Positions 1 through 10,125 of a stretch of DNA of 54,860 nt are shown piece after piece (within the stretch, counting starts at the first letter, position 1; each line of letters starts with the position of its first letter). This DNA comes from a virus (Duplodnaviria; Caudoviricetes). A model generated the notes under the pieces. The model had not been told where the DNA came from. It ran no database searches and saw only the letters and a program-made list of their open reading frames with translations. The stretch spans positions 1 through 54,860 of IMG/VR virus record IMGVR_UViG_3300018041_000008; one strand, written 5' to 3'. Made by a program: the position numbers and the translations under genes.

Positions 1-200
1 CCATTAATTGATTTTATTTCTTCTATATCTTTATACGCTTTATCAATAACATCTTGTTGGCTTGTTACAGCATCATTAAGTTTTTGGTTATTAGCTTCTG
101 ATGTGGCAAGATCAGCTTTTAAATTTGTAACATACCAAAAACCGACGGCTAACACTATAACAATACCACCAATAATAATTAATTTAATTGTACCAAACAT
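1..200 (-). CDS. Partial membrane-anchored coiled-coil protein, possibly i-spanin (Rz-like); runs off window
   Basis: Manual translation MFGTIKLIIIGGIVIVLAVGFWYVTNLKADLATSEANNQKLNDAV...: N-terminal TM helix followed by coiled coil. Confidence 0.5.
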   Translation of the reverse strand, partial: MFGTIKLIIIGGIVIVLAVGFWYVTNLKADLATSEANNQKLNDAVTSQQDVIDKAYKDIEEIKSIN

Positions 201-201
201 A

Positions 202-705
202 CTATCGTCTTGCTAGTTTTATCATATCTTTATATTTCTTAACATCTTTTTTATTCACCACTGGTTGATCTGTAGATACCATTGCTCCTGTTGCATTTGC
301 TGGAGCTTCTTCATCAATATCTTTAAGATATTTCTCTACTAATATTTCTTCTTCGATCAATGATAAATCAAGTTCCATTAATCTATTATAACGATCTTCC
401 ATTAAAGATGTAGTTCTTGAATCCGATTCATAGTATTCTTTAACAAGGAATAGTGCAGAAACTAAACTTTTTAATTTACTTTCTCCACCAGGTAATTTAT
501 TGATAATACGTTTCATATTAAATACTAATCTATGCAAATAGGTATAAGCATCATGTTCCTTAGTACCACTAAGTTGTGATGTTTTCTTTAATGCTTTACC
601 TTTTTCGTCAATAATTCCAAGTTTATACGCATCGGTATCTTTGAAATTTTTAACGAGCATTGATAATATTCTAAATGCTATTACGTTATCTACAAATTTT
701 GCCAT
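202..705 (-). CDS. Conserved T4-like phage hypothetical protein
   Basis: 167-aa ORF; DAYKLGIIDEKG and PANATG motifs recur in marine T4-like late regions; coupled to upstream gene. Confidence 0.7.
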   Translation of the reverse strand: MAKFVDNVIAFRILSMLVKNFKDTDAYKLGIIDEKGKALKKTSQLSGTKEHDAYTYLHRLVFNMKRIINKLPGGESKLKSLVSALFLVKEYYESDSRTTSLMEDRYNRLMELDLSLIEEEILVEKYLKDIDEEAPANATGAMVSTDQPVVNKKDVKKYKDMIKLARR

Positions 706-1094
706 TAAATATCCCTAAGTGTACTAATAATGAATTCATCTAATTCTATTTCTGATAACTTTACTTTATACGGTGGAACTTCATCTGGCATTCTTTGAAG
801 GAATACTAGAAAAGTTGCCAAAATATAATAATGTTCTGGATCTGTTTTAGAAAAAAGCATGTTCGTAGTATTATCACCAAATAAATTGTAAAGTACAATT
901 AAATGATTTAGTATTAAAGTTTCCTTTAGATCTAAATCAGAGTGATATCGAATAAACAGCTTCTTTAAATAAACAAATCTTTTCAAATCATCATTAAACT
1001 CTTCAACCGTATAACATTGGCTATTGTCATAATGATTCATTGCATATGTTATAAAGTTTTCTTCAGTCAATAGTTGATTCATAATTACTTTCAA
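705..1094 (-). CDS. Conserved T4-like phage hypothetical protein (likely start near 1082)
   Basis: LILNHLIVLYNLFG motif typical of a cyanophage/pelagiphage core hypothetical. Confidence 0.7.
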   Translation of the reverse strand: MKVIMNQLLTEENFITYAMNHYDNSQCYTVEEFNDDLKRFVYLKKLFIRYHSDLDLKETLILNHLIVLYNLFGDNTTNMLFSKTDPEHYYILATFLVFLQRMPDEVPPYKVKLSEIELDEFIISTLRDI

Positions 1095-1120
1095 AAAGAA
1101 AGGGGAGGATTACTCCCCTT
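1093..1120 (-). terminator. Rho-independent terminator
   Basis: GGGGAG-TAATC-CTCCCC hairpin then T-run on minus strand. Confidence 0.8.
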
Positions 1121-1132
1121 ATATGTTATATA

Positions 1133-1963
1133 CTATAGGTTAACAGTTACTAGAACAGCAGAAGAAGTTACATCAGCTGCACCAACAGATGATACAACAA
1201 CTCTGTAAGAGTATCCATCTAAACCAGTAGTAGGATCAATAACCAAAGTAGCTGCAGTTTCACCAACTTCATTTACCCAAGAAGCAACTCCACCATCATT
1301 TTGCCATTGGTATGTAACAGTTCCACCATTATCAACAGTAGCAGCTACAGTAAATGTTGCTGGATCAGGATCAGTAACTGTTTGTAGTAATGGTTGTGTA
1401 TTAATAGTAATTACTGGGTCAACTGTAATAACATCTTCAGCATCTCCAGAAATAGCATCTCCAGTACCCATAGCAACTAAACATTCAGCTTTATGACGTA
1501 CATTTGCTTGAGCATCTGTATAAGTAGAATATTTCCACCAACCAGAATGTGTTAAGCCTTTAGCTTTGTTAGCTGGGGTTTGAGCTTCTTCAGCAGAAAC
1601 AAATACCACATCAGCTGGATCTAATTGAAAAGTGTGAACTGTGCCAACACCTAAACCAGTTAAATTTACTAAACCAGTTACTGAAGGTGCAGCAAGTGCA
1701 TTTACTTTAGAATCATACAGAGTAAATACATCAGCTGTTGTTCTACGTACAAAGTATGTAACACCTGAAGTTAAACCTGTGATTTGTGTGCCACCGCCAT
1801 TTGTATAAACTACTGAATCACCAGTAGCATAACCATGACCAGCAAAAGTGATTGAATCATCACCTAAACTAACAACATCAGCAGACGAAGCATCAAAAGT
1901 GATTTTTTCAGTTAACCACTTTGGCTTTCCTGCCAAATTTTCTACATTATTCCATAAAGACAT
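1133..1963 (-). CDS. Virion structural/decoration protein with C-terminal Ig-like domain
   Basis: ITINTQP...FTVAA...TYQWQ...GETAATL...YRVVVS Ig-like pattern; HGYATGDSVVY beta repeat. Confidence 0.7.
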   Translation of the reverse strand: MSLWNNVENLAGKPKWLTEKITFDASSADVVSLGDDSITFAGHGYATGDSVVYTNGGGTQITGLTSGVTYFVRRTTADVFTLYDSKVNALAAPSVTGLVNLTGLGVGTVHTFQLDPADVVFVSAEEAQTPANKAKGLTHSGWWKYSTYTDAQANVRHKAECLVAMGTGDAISGDAEDVITVDPVITINTQPLLQTVTDPDPATFTVAATVDNGGTVTYQWQNDGGVASWVNEVGETAATLVIDPTTGLDGYSYRVVVSSVGAADVTSSAVLVTVNL

Positions 1964-1975
1964 AATAATTTCTCC

Positions 1976-4180
1976 TTAACGTCTATTGTTTGGTAAATTT
2001 AAATTGTGAACTGGGATACCACCGTCATGAACACCCGCCCCTTTATTTCTAGCACCTGATTTAGAACCACTAGGTCTGCCACGGCCTCGTTTTTCTGTAG
2101 ATTCAGGTTTCTTCTCTTGTTTCTCATCATCACCATCATATGAACTACCGTAAGTTCCTTTATGAACTGTACTTTTCGGTTTGTTTGCACTATCAGACTT
2201 GGCTGTTTTTGCATAATGATCTGAATATGCATAATTAGGATCTGATTCGCGTTTAGCTTTTGCATCAGCCTGTCTATCAGCACCAGTATATTTTTCTACC
2301 ATTGATTTAAATTTATTAAAAGATACTGGTGTTGTTTCATCTAAATCAAAGTCTTCATTCTGTTCAACTTCTTCATTAAATTTTTGTAACTTTTGCCTTG
2401 CGTCTTTCTGATCTGGCATCTTGTTAATCCACCTATCTCTAGTTGAATATAGTTTTTGTAATACTTTTTTCTTAATATTATTTGGCATACGATCAACTGC
2501 TCGTTTATTGTAAGGATCAGTTAACAATACAAAAAGCATTGGAGCAGTTGCTAGTGCCCCAAGACCGCCTAGAGTTAAATACATTTTAAGCATTTCTGCT
2601 ATTGAAAATGCTTCGGCTGGGCCTTCATTTAATGATTCCATATTTTCTAAATATACATTATATAATGCTTCTTCATTTTGTGTTTTAAGTGCACTTGCAA
2701 CTTTTGGATGATGTTGAAGTTTAGGATGTAGTTTATCCATAGCTTTTGTAGCACCCGTCATATTACCGCCAGCATATCTTTTATCTTTGGCAATACCAAT
2801 ACCTTGTTTAACTAATTGAGGAGTAATCGATTCATCCATTTCAGCATCTTCAGTTTTAACTTCTTCTTCTACTTCTTTTGATTTCTTTTTATCCCGTAAT
2901 GCTTTAAGATCAGACGCTTCAATTTCACCATCACCATCAACATCTAATGCTTTTTGATTTGGATGTTTAACTGTTTCTTTTACTTTCTTAGTTGTGGCAC
3001 AACTACTTTCTTTTATAAAATCATTAAAACCTAGCATATGACTTTCCTTTTTAATAGTTTTCTTTGCTTTTTTATCAGCTTGTTCTTTATCAAACATTGC
3101 TTTACGTTTAGATGCGGTTGATTCATCAACTTCAGATTCATTTGTAAGTTTATTTGCACGATGTTGGTTATGACCTTTAGCCCATTGTAAATGTTCTGCA
3201 GAATCTTTTGGATGAGGATTTTCTGAATATTTTTTACCAGTTTTTGCAGCCTCAGCTCCTTGTAAAAATCCTTTTTTATATTCTTCTTCCATTCTCATTC
3301 CTTTTATTTTTTGCACAGTTTGATTATATGATGCTTTAGCTTTAGATTTTTTATCAGAAGCATTTTGTGTTTCCGTTTCTCTTGCATTAGGATTAACTTT
3401 AACATTTTCAGTTTTTACTTCTTCTGGAACACAATTAGGAACAGTCTTACCATTTTTCTTTTTAGTTCCTACTGCAGTGTAACCTTTCCAACAAGCTTTA
3501 GCCAAATCTTTATTTGTAGATTTATCTACTTCTTTTATACTGCCGACTTTATCTGTGCCATTAGGTTGTATAACACCCTCATCCTTTTGTGCAGCATAAT
3601 TTGCAGCATGGTTTACATCTACTTTATCATTATTACCTTCTTTAATACCTAATGTATTTGATAAATTACCGGTATGCATTGCATATTTACTTTTAGGATT
3701 TTTCTTATATAAACTATTCATATGTGCTTTGGCTTTAAAAAGACTATCATGTTTACCAAGTACTTTTTTAGCATTTGTATCCGATACATAAACATGACTT
3801 GATGATTCATTTGATAATTTGTAAAGAGGTGTTCTACCCGCTTCACGTTCTTTTTTTACATATTCATCTCTAGCAGCAACAGACTTTTTAACATGGTCTG
3901 CATATGCTTTATCACTCACCGGTTTAATATTTTTTCTATCTTGGATTTTCTTTAATATATTTTGAATCTTTGTGTGGGGTGATACCTCGTGTAATTTTTC
4001 TACATCTTCTTTTTGTGCACCATAATATGCTCCTTTAGCCATTTCAATCCTTTCTTTTTTAGATTTAGTAGCAAATTTAGGATCATCTGAATTAACAAAG
4101 TCACTAATCCATTTATCGATAGGATCGGCTTTACTCAAAGCTTCGTTAATTATATTCCGCATATCTTTAAAAGTTTTCAT
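1976..4180 (-). CDS. Large modular internal-head (core-like) protein
   Basis: N-terminus MKTFKDMRNIINE; many L/I-x-E sites; CWKGY..GTKKK.GKTVPNCVP motif; DVDGDGEIEASD EF-hand-like loop; KRGRGRP AT-hook. Confidence 0.6.
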   Translation of the reverse strand: MKTFKDMRNIINEALSKADPIDKWISDFVNSDDPKFATKSKKERIEMAKGAYYGAQKEDVEKLHEVSPHTKIQNILKKIQDRKNIKPVSDKAYADHVKKSVAARDEYVKKEREAGRTPLYKLSNESSSHVYVSDTNAKKVLGKHDSLFKAKAHMNSLYKKNPKSKYAMHTGNLSNTLGIKEGNNDKVDVNHAANYAAQKDEGVIQPNGTDKVGSIKEVDKSTNKDLAKACWKGYTAVGTKKKNGKTVPNCVPEEVKTENVKVNPNARETETQNASDKKSKAKASYNQTVQKIKGMRMEEEYKKGFLQGAEAAKTGKKYSENPHPKDSAEHLQWAKGHNQHRANKLTNESEVDESTASKRKAMFDKEQADKKAKKTIKKESHMLGFNDFIKESSCATTKKVKETVKHPNQKALDVDGDGEIEASDLKALRDKKKSKEVEEEVKTEDAEMDESITPQLVKQGIGIAKDKRYAGGNMTGATKAMDKLHPKLQHHPKVASALKTQNEEALYNVYLENMESLNEGPAEAFSIAEMLKMYLTLGGLGALATAPMLFVLLTDPYNKRAVDRMPNNIKKKVLQKLYSTRDRWINKMPDQKDARQKLQKFNEEVEQNEDFDLDETTPVSFNKFKSMVEKYTGADRQADAKAKRESDPNYAYSDHYAKTAKSDSANKPKSTVHKGTYGSSYDGDDEKQEKKPESTEKRGRGRPSGSKSGARNKGAGVHDGGIPVHNLNLPNNRR

Positions 4181-4216
4181 TGTTGATTCCAGTATTCTTT
4201 TGTATATTTATTTAAA

Positions 4217-4507
4217 TTAACAGTTCCATTTCTTAAGAGCTAACGCTTTACGAGTAGGTCTTCCTTTTTCATCTTTCATTGGTCCATCAACTCCACTCAT
4301 TCTAGCACAAAATGATTTACGTCTTTTTGCATCTTTGCTACCTGGCTTTAATTTAGAAGGTTTTGTTGTTACAGCAGTTTGCAACTTACTCCCAGGATTT
4401 TCTCTTCTATGAGCATCAACTCCTTTTTGTGTCAATCCACCAGTAGAACTTTTATGTCCTTTAGCATCAATAGCTGCTTCAGTTAACCATTCATTAAATG
4501 TTAACAT
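4217..4507 (-). CDS. Small basic conserved phage protein
   Basis: GGLTQKG...NPGSKL...RRKSFCARM...ALKKWNC motif widespread in T4-like phages; N-terminus MLTFNEWLTE. Confidence 0.7.
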   Translation of the reverse strand: MLTFNEWLTEAAIDAKGHKSSTGGLTQKGVDAHRRENPGSKLQTAVTTKPSKLKPGSKDAKRRKSFCARMSGVDGPMKDEKGRPTRKALALKKWNC

Positions 4508-6972
4508 TAGAATCCTCCGATTGATGAACCTTTAGTGGCTTTTTTATGAGCCAATCTAGCAGTTTCAATCTTACGTACACGTGGCACCAATTTCATAGCT
4601 ATACGTTTAATCAATGGTCTGCGTTTAACTAAAAGTCTTTCAATTCTTTCTTTTTCGCCAATTGATAATTTATTCAATGGTTTTTTAGCTAATCGTTTTT
4701 TCATTAATTTAATAGCTAATCTGCCAGCTCTTCTATTAATAATTGGCATCGATGAGTGTCTCTTGAGAGCAATCTTTAATTTACGACCACGTTTTGCTTT
4801 AGTTCTAGCAAATCGAATTCTAGCTCTAATTCTTTCTGTTTTAGAAAGCACTTCCATTAATTCTTGAGATTCCTGAATGTCTTCTTTAATTTCTTCTCCA
4901 GTTTCATCATCAACAATAGCTAGTTCATCATCGTCATATAAATCATAGATATCTTCTTCATCGTCTATATCTGCAATCATTTTATCGATTTCTTCTTCTG
5001 GAACGTCTTCACATGGAATACGACATGGGTTTCCGTCTTCATCTTCTTCAAAGAATGGATCAAATCCTTTATCTTGAGCATATTCATCTGTGTGTTTATC
5101 TTTGTCTTCTATTGGAATAACCTTTCCAATTTTTACGGTATCTGCTTCAGTAACTTTTTTTTTATATTCTTTTTTATCTTCATCTGGATTTGGTGTATCG
5201 TCTGGTTTTGCATTCATTTTACTGTTTGCAAAATTAACACGATGTGCTCTAAACTTTCTACCAGTTTCTTGATTGACTTTATAGTCAGAAGTATACACAT
5301 CTTCTTCTATTTCTTCAACAGATTCTGTTTTATATTTAACTCTACGTCTTCGTGCATGATGATCAACTCCTAATGAATGACCTGGAGTAGTTTGAGGTTT
5401 TTCATCAGTTTCTACATCTTTATCAACGATACCTTTATTCAACTTTTTAAGTTTAATGTAATCAGAATATCTTAAAATATCACCAGCTATATTATAATCT
5501 TGTCTTTTTTTAACCACTACAGATTCTCTTAATTTAGCAGGAAGAGCATTCTTATCATATTTAATATCTAATTCATCTGCTAGTTTAAGCATCTTAGATA
5601 GCACATTAAGCAATTCAGGTCTCATAACTTTATTTTTGACCTTGCGCATACCCATATTGATTAATTGAGTTGGGCTTGAAATACGCTCTGGGTTATCAAC
5701 TCCTAGCATATCACCAATAATTCTGGCAACTTTAATCTTATCAGAAGGTCTAATGGTTTTATTGGTTAGTTCTTCGCTGAACTCGCCTTTACCGGTTTCT
5801 TTAAAGTCATTATTCATAAGCTGTAACTCCGTTTTGTGTGTATTCCAATAGTCAAAGTGGTGTGGAAATTCACCAAGTTTATCTAAAGATTTTTTAGCTG
5901 CATCATGAGAATCAATCCATTGTTGTGTCTCTTTTTCAGTAGGACTTTTTCCTTGTTGAAGATGCATATCATTTAATTTCATATAAGTATCCGTTGCTTT
6001 GAGTGCATTTAATATTGCAACAGGATCATTTTCTATTTTATTACTATTAGCTTTTTCAATAGTATCTTGAAATGCTTTAGTAGCATCAGCAGAATGATGC
6101 AAATTCTGTGTTGTGTATCCTTTATAAGATATTTCTTTTGGTGCATAACCAGGTTTAATATCTTCTGTTATGGGTTCACATAATGTAACGTCTTTAATCC
6201 ATTTTCTATGTAATTCACCCGTCTTATCTACTACAACTAAGTAATTACTTCCTCTATCCATGATTTCATATTGCTGACCATTTGATTCAACAATCTCACC
6301 AATATGATATATCTCACCCTTAAAATACTTTTCTCTTAATACATCAATAGTAAACTTGACCTCTTCTTTAATTGGATCAAGTCCCATACCTTGTCTTAAT
6401 TCGTTCATTAAGAGTTTTCCATCAATATCTCGTACTGATGTAGGTAATCCTTTTTTAAATTCTCTATAATTACCTTTAGTTGCAGCAGTTCTCATTTTAG
6501 ATGCTGACATACCTGAAGCAGAATCTGAATCAGGATCTCTTTCGCCTGCAGATACTACTTGAATAGTTTGAAACTTAAAGTTCTTACCATTATATTTATT
6601 TAATAATGACTCGTATTCAGCAACACGATCACTTCCAGCAACCATAATAATATTCTGATACTTTTTGTTTAAATGTGTAGCCGCTTCAATGAAAGATCTT
6701 TCATTTTGATTAGCTTGTACAAAATTAAACCCTCTAAACATCATTTTTAAATAATGTATTTTACGGTCTACTGCTAATGGATTCTTCTTTTTATCTTGGG
6801 TTCGTGAAGCATAGATGACATGGTCAGCTTTATTTTGAGTAGCTATCTTTTTAACTACTTTAAATAACAACTCATGACCAGTTGTAGGTGGATTGAATCT
6901 ACCGAAAACGAAGACGACGGTTTTTGACGGCAATTCTTGTACTAATTGTCTATAATTCTTCATTGAACCCAT
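4507..6972 (-). CDS. Cytidyltransferase-like (HIGH-family nucleotidyltransferase) fused to long modular C-terminal region
   Basis: FGRFNPPTTGH (HIGH-like), VAGSDRV, SAGERDPD, GMSASKMR motifs. Confidence 0.8.
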   Translation of the reverse strand: MGSMKNYRQLVQELPSKTVVFVFGRFNPPTTGHELLFKVVKKIATQNKADHVIYASRTQDKKKNPLAVDRKIHYLKMMFRGFNFVQANQNERSFIEAATHLNKKYQNIIMVAGSDRVAEYESLLNKYNGKNFKFQTIQVVSAGERDPDSDSASGMSASKMRTAATKGNYREFKKGLPTSVRDIDGKLLMNELRQGMGLDPIKEEVKFTIDVLREKYFKGEIYHIGEIVESNGQQYEIMDRGSNYLVVVDKTGELHRKWIKDVTLCEPITEDIKPGYAPKEISYKGYTTQNLHHSADATKAFQDTIEKANSNKIENDPVAILNALKATDTYMKLNDMHLQQGKSPTEKETQQWIDSHDAAKKSLDKLGEFPHHFDYWNTHKTELQLMNNDFKETGKGEFSEELTNKTIRPSDKIKVARIIGDMLGVDNPERISSPTQLINMGMRKVKNKVMRPELLNVLSKMLKLADELDIKYDKNALPAKLRESVVVKKRQDYNIAGDILRYSDYIKLKKLNKGIVDKDVETDEKPQTTPGHSLGVDHHARRRRVKYKTESVEEIEEDVYTSDYKVNQETGRKFRAHRVNFANSKMNAKPDDTPNPDEDKKEYKKKVTEADTVKIGKVIPIEDKDKHTDEYAQDKGFDPFFEEDEDGNPCRIPCEDVPEEEIDKMIADIDDEEDIYDLYDDDELAIVDDETGEEIKEDIQESQELMEVLSKTERIRARIRFARTKAKRGRKLKIALKRHSSMPIINRRAGRLAIKLMKKRLAKKPLNKLSIGEKERIERLLVKRRPLIKRIAMKLVPRVRKIETARLAHKKATKGSSIGGF

Positions 6973-7028
6973 CTATATATATTTAATTATACTATTATTT
7001 ATAACAAATAATAGCTCTCTATAAGTGT

Positions 7029-7057
7029 ATTATATCATATATTGCTATTATTGTACA
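7029..7057 (-). promoter_or_regulatory. Sigma70-like promoter, with late TATAAATA boxes at 6996-7003 and 7062-7069
   Basis: TGTACA-N17-TATAAT on minus strand. Confidence 0.6.
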
Positions 7058-7072
7058 CACTTATTTATATAT

Positions 7073-7309
7073 TTAAACAACTGATATTAATGCTTCTGCT
7101 GCTTTTACTAACCACCGTGATGTTTCTTCATCATTTGCTAATTTATCAAAATTAGAAATAGTAACAATATCTTTAATTAGTTCATCATACTCTTCTTTAG
7201 TGAATACACCTTCTTGATATTGCTCTGTAATATCGTTTAATTCTGCAGCAAGTTTTCCTTTTATACCATCATCAGTACTTGCTAATTGTTTTAATTCTTC
7301 TAGAATCAT
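7073..7309 (-). CDS. Hypothetical protein
   Basis: 78-aa ORF with SD (AGGAG) upstream. Confidence 0.6.
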   Translation of the reverse strand: MILEELKQLASTDDGIKGKLAAELNDITEQYQEGVFTKEEYDELIKDIVTISNFDKLANDEETSRWLVKAAEALISVV

Positions 7310-7358
7310 TAGTCGTCTCCTGTTGGATATGGATATCCTTCGTTATCTGTATTTATCT

Positions 7359-7715
7359 TTAGTCTCTTCCTCTCCAAGCTTTTTCTAAGATATGCATTTG
7401 CACACCTACTAAAGACTTTTTAGCCTCACAAAAATTAACTGATGTTGCATTATAAGCTTTAGTTAATGATGCTTCTAATTTACGAACATTTTCTGTTTGA
7501 GGATCATCCCTAAACTCTGAATGTAATGCTAATTGATGAGCAAGTCTAATAGCAGCATCCCATATGACAATATTCTTTGTATCACATGACAAATCTTCGT
7601 ATTGATCTTTTAATTGTACATATGTATTTACTTGAGCCGGATCATATTTCATTGGCATGATAAATGTAGTACAACTTGCTAAAAATATTGTTACTATTAA
7701 TATTAAATGTTTCAT
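7359..7715 (-). CDS. Putative lipoprotein
   Basis: MKHLILIVTIFLASC signal peptide plus lipobox. Confidence 0.65.
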   Translation of the reverse strand: MKHLILIVTIFLASCTTFIMPMKYDPAQVNTYVQLKDQYEDLSCDTKNIVIWDAAIRLAHQLALHSEFRDDPQTENVRKLEASLTKAYNATSVNFCEAKKSLVGVQMHILEKAWRGRD

Positions 7716-7720
7716 TTGTT

Positions 7721-9250
7721 TTAGTCCTCAGTAAATGTTACACCGATACCAATACCATCCATTGTGGCGGTTGATTCAAAAGCAATTGTTAAATCATTAT
7801 TAGGTGGTATAATTAATCTTAAATTTTCTAAATCAATAGTGTCATAACCTGGCGCAGTAATAAAAAATGTATAAATTGGAGTATTTGTACCCAATGTTAA
7901 TGTCCCAGTATCATCACTATAAAATGCGGATGATTGAGTACTATTAATAACTTTAAATATAATGGGATCTAGTTGTCCATTAAAATTATAAAATAATGAG
8001 ACTTTTACAGGATGATCTTGTCCTGTTGCTGGTGTAGCAACCAATGAAATCTCTCTAATAAATAATTCTCTAGTATTTATTTTACCACCAAAAGATAATC
8101 TATTGTGGACAGTTAAACCATGGTGTAATGTATCAGCAGTAAAAGAAGCCTCAGTTAGTCTATTTGCAGCTGTTGTTAGTGTGGTACTTTCAATTTGCCC
8201 CTCAATAGCGCCCATCATACTAGCACCAGTCACAGTTACATTTGTTCCTGATCCACCTAAACTTGCAGCCACATAACCAATTTTCAATGATGGATTATCT
8301 AAGTGTACATCTATATTTTGATTTGCATAACTAATTTTATGAAAGAATATCATTTCGCCATTTGCAGGATTTTCTATAGCAAACCTAAGTTCTCCAGCAC
8401 CTAACCATCTAAAATTAATTTGATATACATTTAATTTTGTAGCATCTAATGTCATACCACTTGGTCCAGTTCCATCTAATTTGTCAATATTAAAATTAGA
8501 TTGATATACCCAATTATTTGTATCTGGATTACCAGCTTGTATTGTTGATGTTGAACCAACAGCATTTGTTGTGCCACCAGAAAAACTAAATGTACCTGCC
8601 TTGACTCCAATACTTGTACTTAAAAAGTTAACAACACCATCACAATGTTCAATCGTCCAAGCACTCTGATTTGCTTTAAACCAAGAAGATATTTCAGCGG
8701 CAGTAATACTTAAATTACTACTTGCTGATACTGGAACGGGATATGCAGTATTATTCAATGTAACAGTTACATTACTTGCGACTGTAGCACCTGTGGTAAT
8801 TGTTAGTGTTTCAATGTGTGCTTTACCTTCATTTTGTCTTAGAATACCAAAGTTTTCTCCATCAAATCCAATTTGTAATGCCTGTTCTTGTGTAAAGAAT
8901 CCAGCACGTTGTGTATAACCTGAAACACCAACCCCTGGAGCACTCTCAGTGAAGGCTGCTGTAAATCTTGCCAAGGCACCTTGACCTGGACGATAACGAA
9001 CAGCACGTCTTGATCTTAATACACCATAACCATAAAGATTTGTGCCTGTTTGACATCGCATTAATGTATTTGTTGTATCAGCTGTACCACCAAATGCATC
9101 AAATGTCTCAAAATTTTTCTCTTGTAAACCATATAATCCATCTAATTGAATGACAGGTGTAATGGGTACTGCAACTGGTTCACCAAATGCAGATATGCTA
9201 GTAGCAGTTCCGTCCTTCTTAAATAAATAAGTCATTAAATTATTCTCCAT
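7721..9250 (-). CDS. Putative virion structural protein (likely start MTYLF at 9235)
   Basis: Beta-rich G/T/S-rich; SAFGEP, RYRPGQG, DKLDGTGPSG, WLGAG motifs seen in phage structural proteins. Confidence 0.6.
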   Translation of the reverse strand: MENNLMTYLFKKDGTATSISAFGEPVAVPITPVIQLDGLYGLQEKNFETFDAFGGTADTTNTLMRCQTGTNLYGYGVLRSRRAVRYRPGQGALARFTAAFTESAPGVGVSGYTQRAGFFTQEQALQIGFDGENFGILRQNEGKAHIETLTITTGATVASNVTVTLNNTAYPVPVSASSNLSITAAEISSWFKANQSAWTIEHCDGVVNFLSTSIGVKAGTFSFSGGTTNAVGSTSTIQAGNPDTNNWVYQSNFNIDKLDGTGPSGMTLDATKLNVYQINFRWLGAGELRFAIENPANGEMIFFHKISYANQNIDVHLDNPSLKIGYVAASLGGSGTNVTVTGASMMGAIEGQIESTTLTTAANRLTEASFTADTLHHGLTVHNRLSFGGKINTRELFIREISLVATPATGQDHPVKVSLFYNFNGQLDPIIFKVINSTQSSAFYSDDTGTLTLGTNTPIYTFFITAPGYDTIDLENLRLIIPPNNDLTIAFESTATMDGIGIGVTFTED

Positions 9251-10125
9251 CCATTGCGGTATACCATTTGAACACCACCATTGTCTATTTGTAATATAAA
9301 TCCACCAGCATCATTATCAATAGTACCATTTACTGTAATTGGATTTGCTGATGCACTTCCTGATTCATCTTTAATTACCAATACTCTTCCAGAACTTGGT
9401 GATACAGGTAATGTAATTGTTACTTGACCATTATAATTAACACCAATATACCAATCTGATTCAACTACAGTATATGTTGCCGATGTTACAAGTGTTGTAT
9501 TTTGTACAACCTCACCTATTGCTAATTGATCAAATTCAAACTTTTTGGTTGTTGCATTATATTTTAAATATTTACCATCATCAATTGTATCTCTATCTAC
9601 ATCATCAAGATACCTTAAATTAACTTCACCACCACCTGGGCCAGTTGCGGCAATTCTACCAATTGCCTGTTCAAGGAATCGTATTTTCCTCTTAATTTCA
9701 TCTGTATTAGGAGCAACAGGATCAGGGTTAGGTTGTTGAAAAGATTTACCAGTTAGATATTTAGCAACATCTGCCATAGTATCTTGTTGTTTTTCCTCAG
9801 GGGTTTTAATCTCAGGTAGTTCTTCTGTGATTATTTCTTCTTTTACAACTTCCTCTTGTACAACTTCTTCCTTAATTTCTTCTTTTGGTTTTACAATATC
9901 TTCCAAAAGTTTAAGTGCTTTTTCTTCCTTAGGTTTATTAATCTTTTTTTGTTCAGATTCTATAACTTCAAGTTGGCCTTTTAAAGATGCTAGTTCCTCA
10001 AACAAAGAAGATAGATCCTGCTTGGTATTTTTAACTACTTTAGCAATAGGATCTTTATCTTGAAAATCTTTTTTACCTTCAGCAATTACTTTAAATAAAT
10101 GATTTAAATCTGTCAATGTTTCCAA
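9235..10125 (-). CDS. Hypothetical protein with acidic coiled coil and fibre-like C-terminal domain
   Basis: GGGEVNLRYLDDVD motif; TITLP...GRVLVIKDESG fibre-type domain. Confidence 0.6.
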   Translation of the reverse strand: METLTDLNHLFKVIAEGKKDFQDKDPIAKVVKNTKQDLSSLFEELASLKGQLEVIESEQKKINKPKEEKALKLLEDIVKPKEEIKEEVVQEEVVKEEIITEELPEIKTPEEKQQDTMADVAKYLTGKSFQQPNPDPVAPNTDEIKRKIRFLEQAIGRIAATGPGGGEVNLRYLDDVDRDTIDDGKYLKYNATTKKFEFDQLAIGEVVQNTTLVTSATYTVVESDWYIGVNYNGQVTITLPVSPSSGRVLVIKDESGSASANPITVNGTIDNDAGGFILQIDNGGVQMVYRNGWRII

